In this document: piece after piece, positions 60,231-61,150 of the stretch
How the letters are laid out: each line of letters begins with the position of its first letter
Position numbering within the stretch: the stretch's first letter is position 1
Virus record (IMG/VR): IMGVR_UViG_3300025572_000003
Direction: 5' to 3' (one strand)
Origin: a virus
Length of the DNA stretch: 61,150 bases
The notes under the pieces: generated by a model
Database searches by the model: none
Told to the model about the DNA's origin: nothing
What the model saw: only the letters and a program-made list of their open reading frames with translations
Translations under genes and position numbers: made by a program

Positions 60231-61059
60231 AGATCAGGTTAACAAAAAGATACCACTCGTAGAAATGTTTGGACCAACTATACAGGGTGAAGGGTCTGTA
60301 ATTGGTCAGCAGACATATTTTCTACGGTTCGGACTTTGTGACTACAAGTGCAAGATGTGTGATTCCATGCATGCAGTCTTGCCCTCAGAAGTCAAGCGAA
60401 ATGCAACCTGGCTAACTCAGCAGGAAATCTACAACAATTTTCTTGAGTTCCATGTACCAGACAGCACTAATTGGGTCACTTTTTCCGGCGGTAATCCTGC
60501 AGTCCATGAACTGGGTCATCTCCTTGGACTTCTACGACTACAGGGTTTCAAGGTAAATGTCGAGACGCAGGGTACCTTGTGGAAGGGATGGCTTGGGAAG
60601 GTAGATTCTCTGACGATCAGTCCCAAAGGTCCTGGCATGGGTGAAAAGCATGATCAAAGTGCATTCGAGCGTTTCTGTGACGCATTGTATGCTAGCATGC
60701 GTAATGGGCTCAGACACACCCCGGATTTGTGTGTCAAGATCGTTGTGTTTGATCAGCGGGATCTGGACTTTGCAGCAGAAATCTTCTCCTACCTGAAGAA
60801 GCATCCTTTGCTGGCTTGGCAAGATCCTTCCAGATTCTTCTACCTGTCGCTTGGTAATCCTATTCCACCACCTGCTGATGGTTCGCAAGCGTTCGACCCA
60901 GAAACACGTGAGCCGTTAACAAGCTGGAAACACCATCAAATCCTCTTGCAGCGGTATCGAACGTTGTACGAGGACATTCAGAAGCATCCGATTCTGTCGC
61001 AGACGCGATTCCTTCCCCAGTGGCATGTTTTTGTATGGGGTAATGATCAGGGGCACTAA
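60217..61059 (+). CDS. queE: 7-carboxy-7-deazaguanine synthase (radical SAM)
   Basis: FGPTIQGEG and Cys triad CDYKCKMC. GGGAG RBS before ATG 60217. Confidence 0.85.
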   Translation: MVNPEDQVNKKIPLVEMFGPTIQGEGSVIGQQTYFLRFGLCDYKCKMCDSMHAVLPSEVKRNATWLTQQEIYNNFLEFHVPDSTNWVTFSGGNPAVHELGHLLGLLRLQGFKVNVETQGTLWKGWLGKVDSLTISPKGPGMGEKHDQSAFERFCDALYASMRNGLRHTPDLCVKIVVFDQRDLDFAAEIFSYLKKHPLLAWQDPSRFFYLSLGNPIPPPADGSQAFDPETREPLTSWKHHQILLQRYRTLYEDIQKHPILSQTRFLPQWHVFVWGNDQGH

Positions 61060-61150
61060 CATGGCAGCAGTCATGGAAAAGGAAGATATTGTCAACATGC
61101 TTGAAGAACTGGTTGAAAAGGCTAACCAGCTACTCGGGCTTGTCGAAGAC
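61024..61150. repeat. Terminal direct repeat, right copy
   Basis: Identical to 1-127. Contains the queE 3' end and the start of the 61-aa ORF (ATG 61061 = ATG 38). Confidence 0.95.

Noticed and set aside
61024-61150. Terminal repeats as attL/attR of an integrated prophage
   Set aside because: There is no integrase, no flanking bacterial genes, and coding sequence (queE and the 61-aa ORF) runs continuously through the repeat. A circular or terminally redundant phage genome explains it.

Overview
The window is one complete, terminally redundant dsDNA phage genome. Bases 1-127 are identical to 61024-61150, so the unique length is 61,023 bp. It looks like a siphovirus with a lambda-like tail tip. 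No integrase, tRNA, rRNA or CRISPR array was found. The layout has three blocks. (1) Plus strand, 34.7-61.1 kb, continuing across the junction to 9.0 kb. This block holds early regulatory cassettes made of small HTH paralogs with their own promoters and terminators. It also holds replication and recombination genes: ligase, primase-helicase, RuvC, SNF2 helicase, Cas4-like exonuclease, Sak4-like ATPase, a DUF669 SSB-like protein and a UDG-fused family A DNA polymerase. Nucleotide metabolism genes are here too: class II RNR, ThyX, Dcd and a MazG/DUF5664-like protein. Finally it carries a complete 7-deazaguanine (preQ0) DNA-modification set: FolE, QueC, QueD, QueE and a DpdA-like transglycosylase. 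(2) Minus strand, 9.0-10.6 kb: lysis cassette with a GH19 endolysin, i-spanin and o-spanin. (3) Minus strand, 10.6-34.4 kb: structural and packaging genes. Observations most worth follow-up: a textbook type I hammerhead ribozyme at 51574-51636, 2 nt after a stop codon; an 18-nt intergenic box (TGAGTGCAGTNTGGGYTG) present 5 times, often followed by GATGTGG-type short repeat arrays; an ~8.5 kb high-GC distal-tail/host-recognition module embedded in a ~45-50 % GC genome with a junction exactly at a stop/start overlap; a cysteine-free UDG-like domain fused to PolA in a phage predicted to carry deazaguanine DNA; a 24-bp duplication plus a homing-endonuclease 5' remnant flanking a small cassette at the ruvC 3' end; and homopurine and homopyrimidine tracts bracketing the exonuclease gene. 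All functional calls rest on motifs read by eye from the ORF track. No database searches were run.
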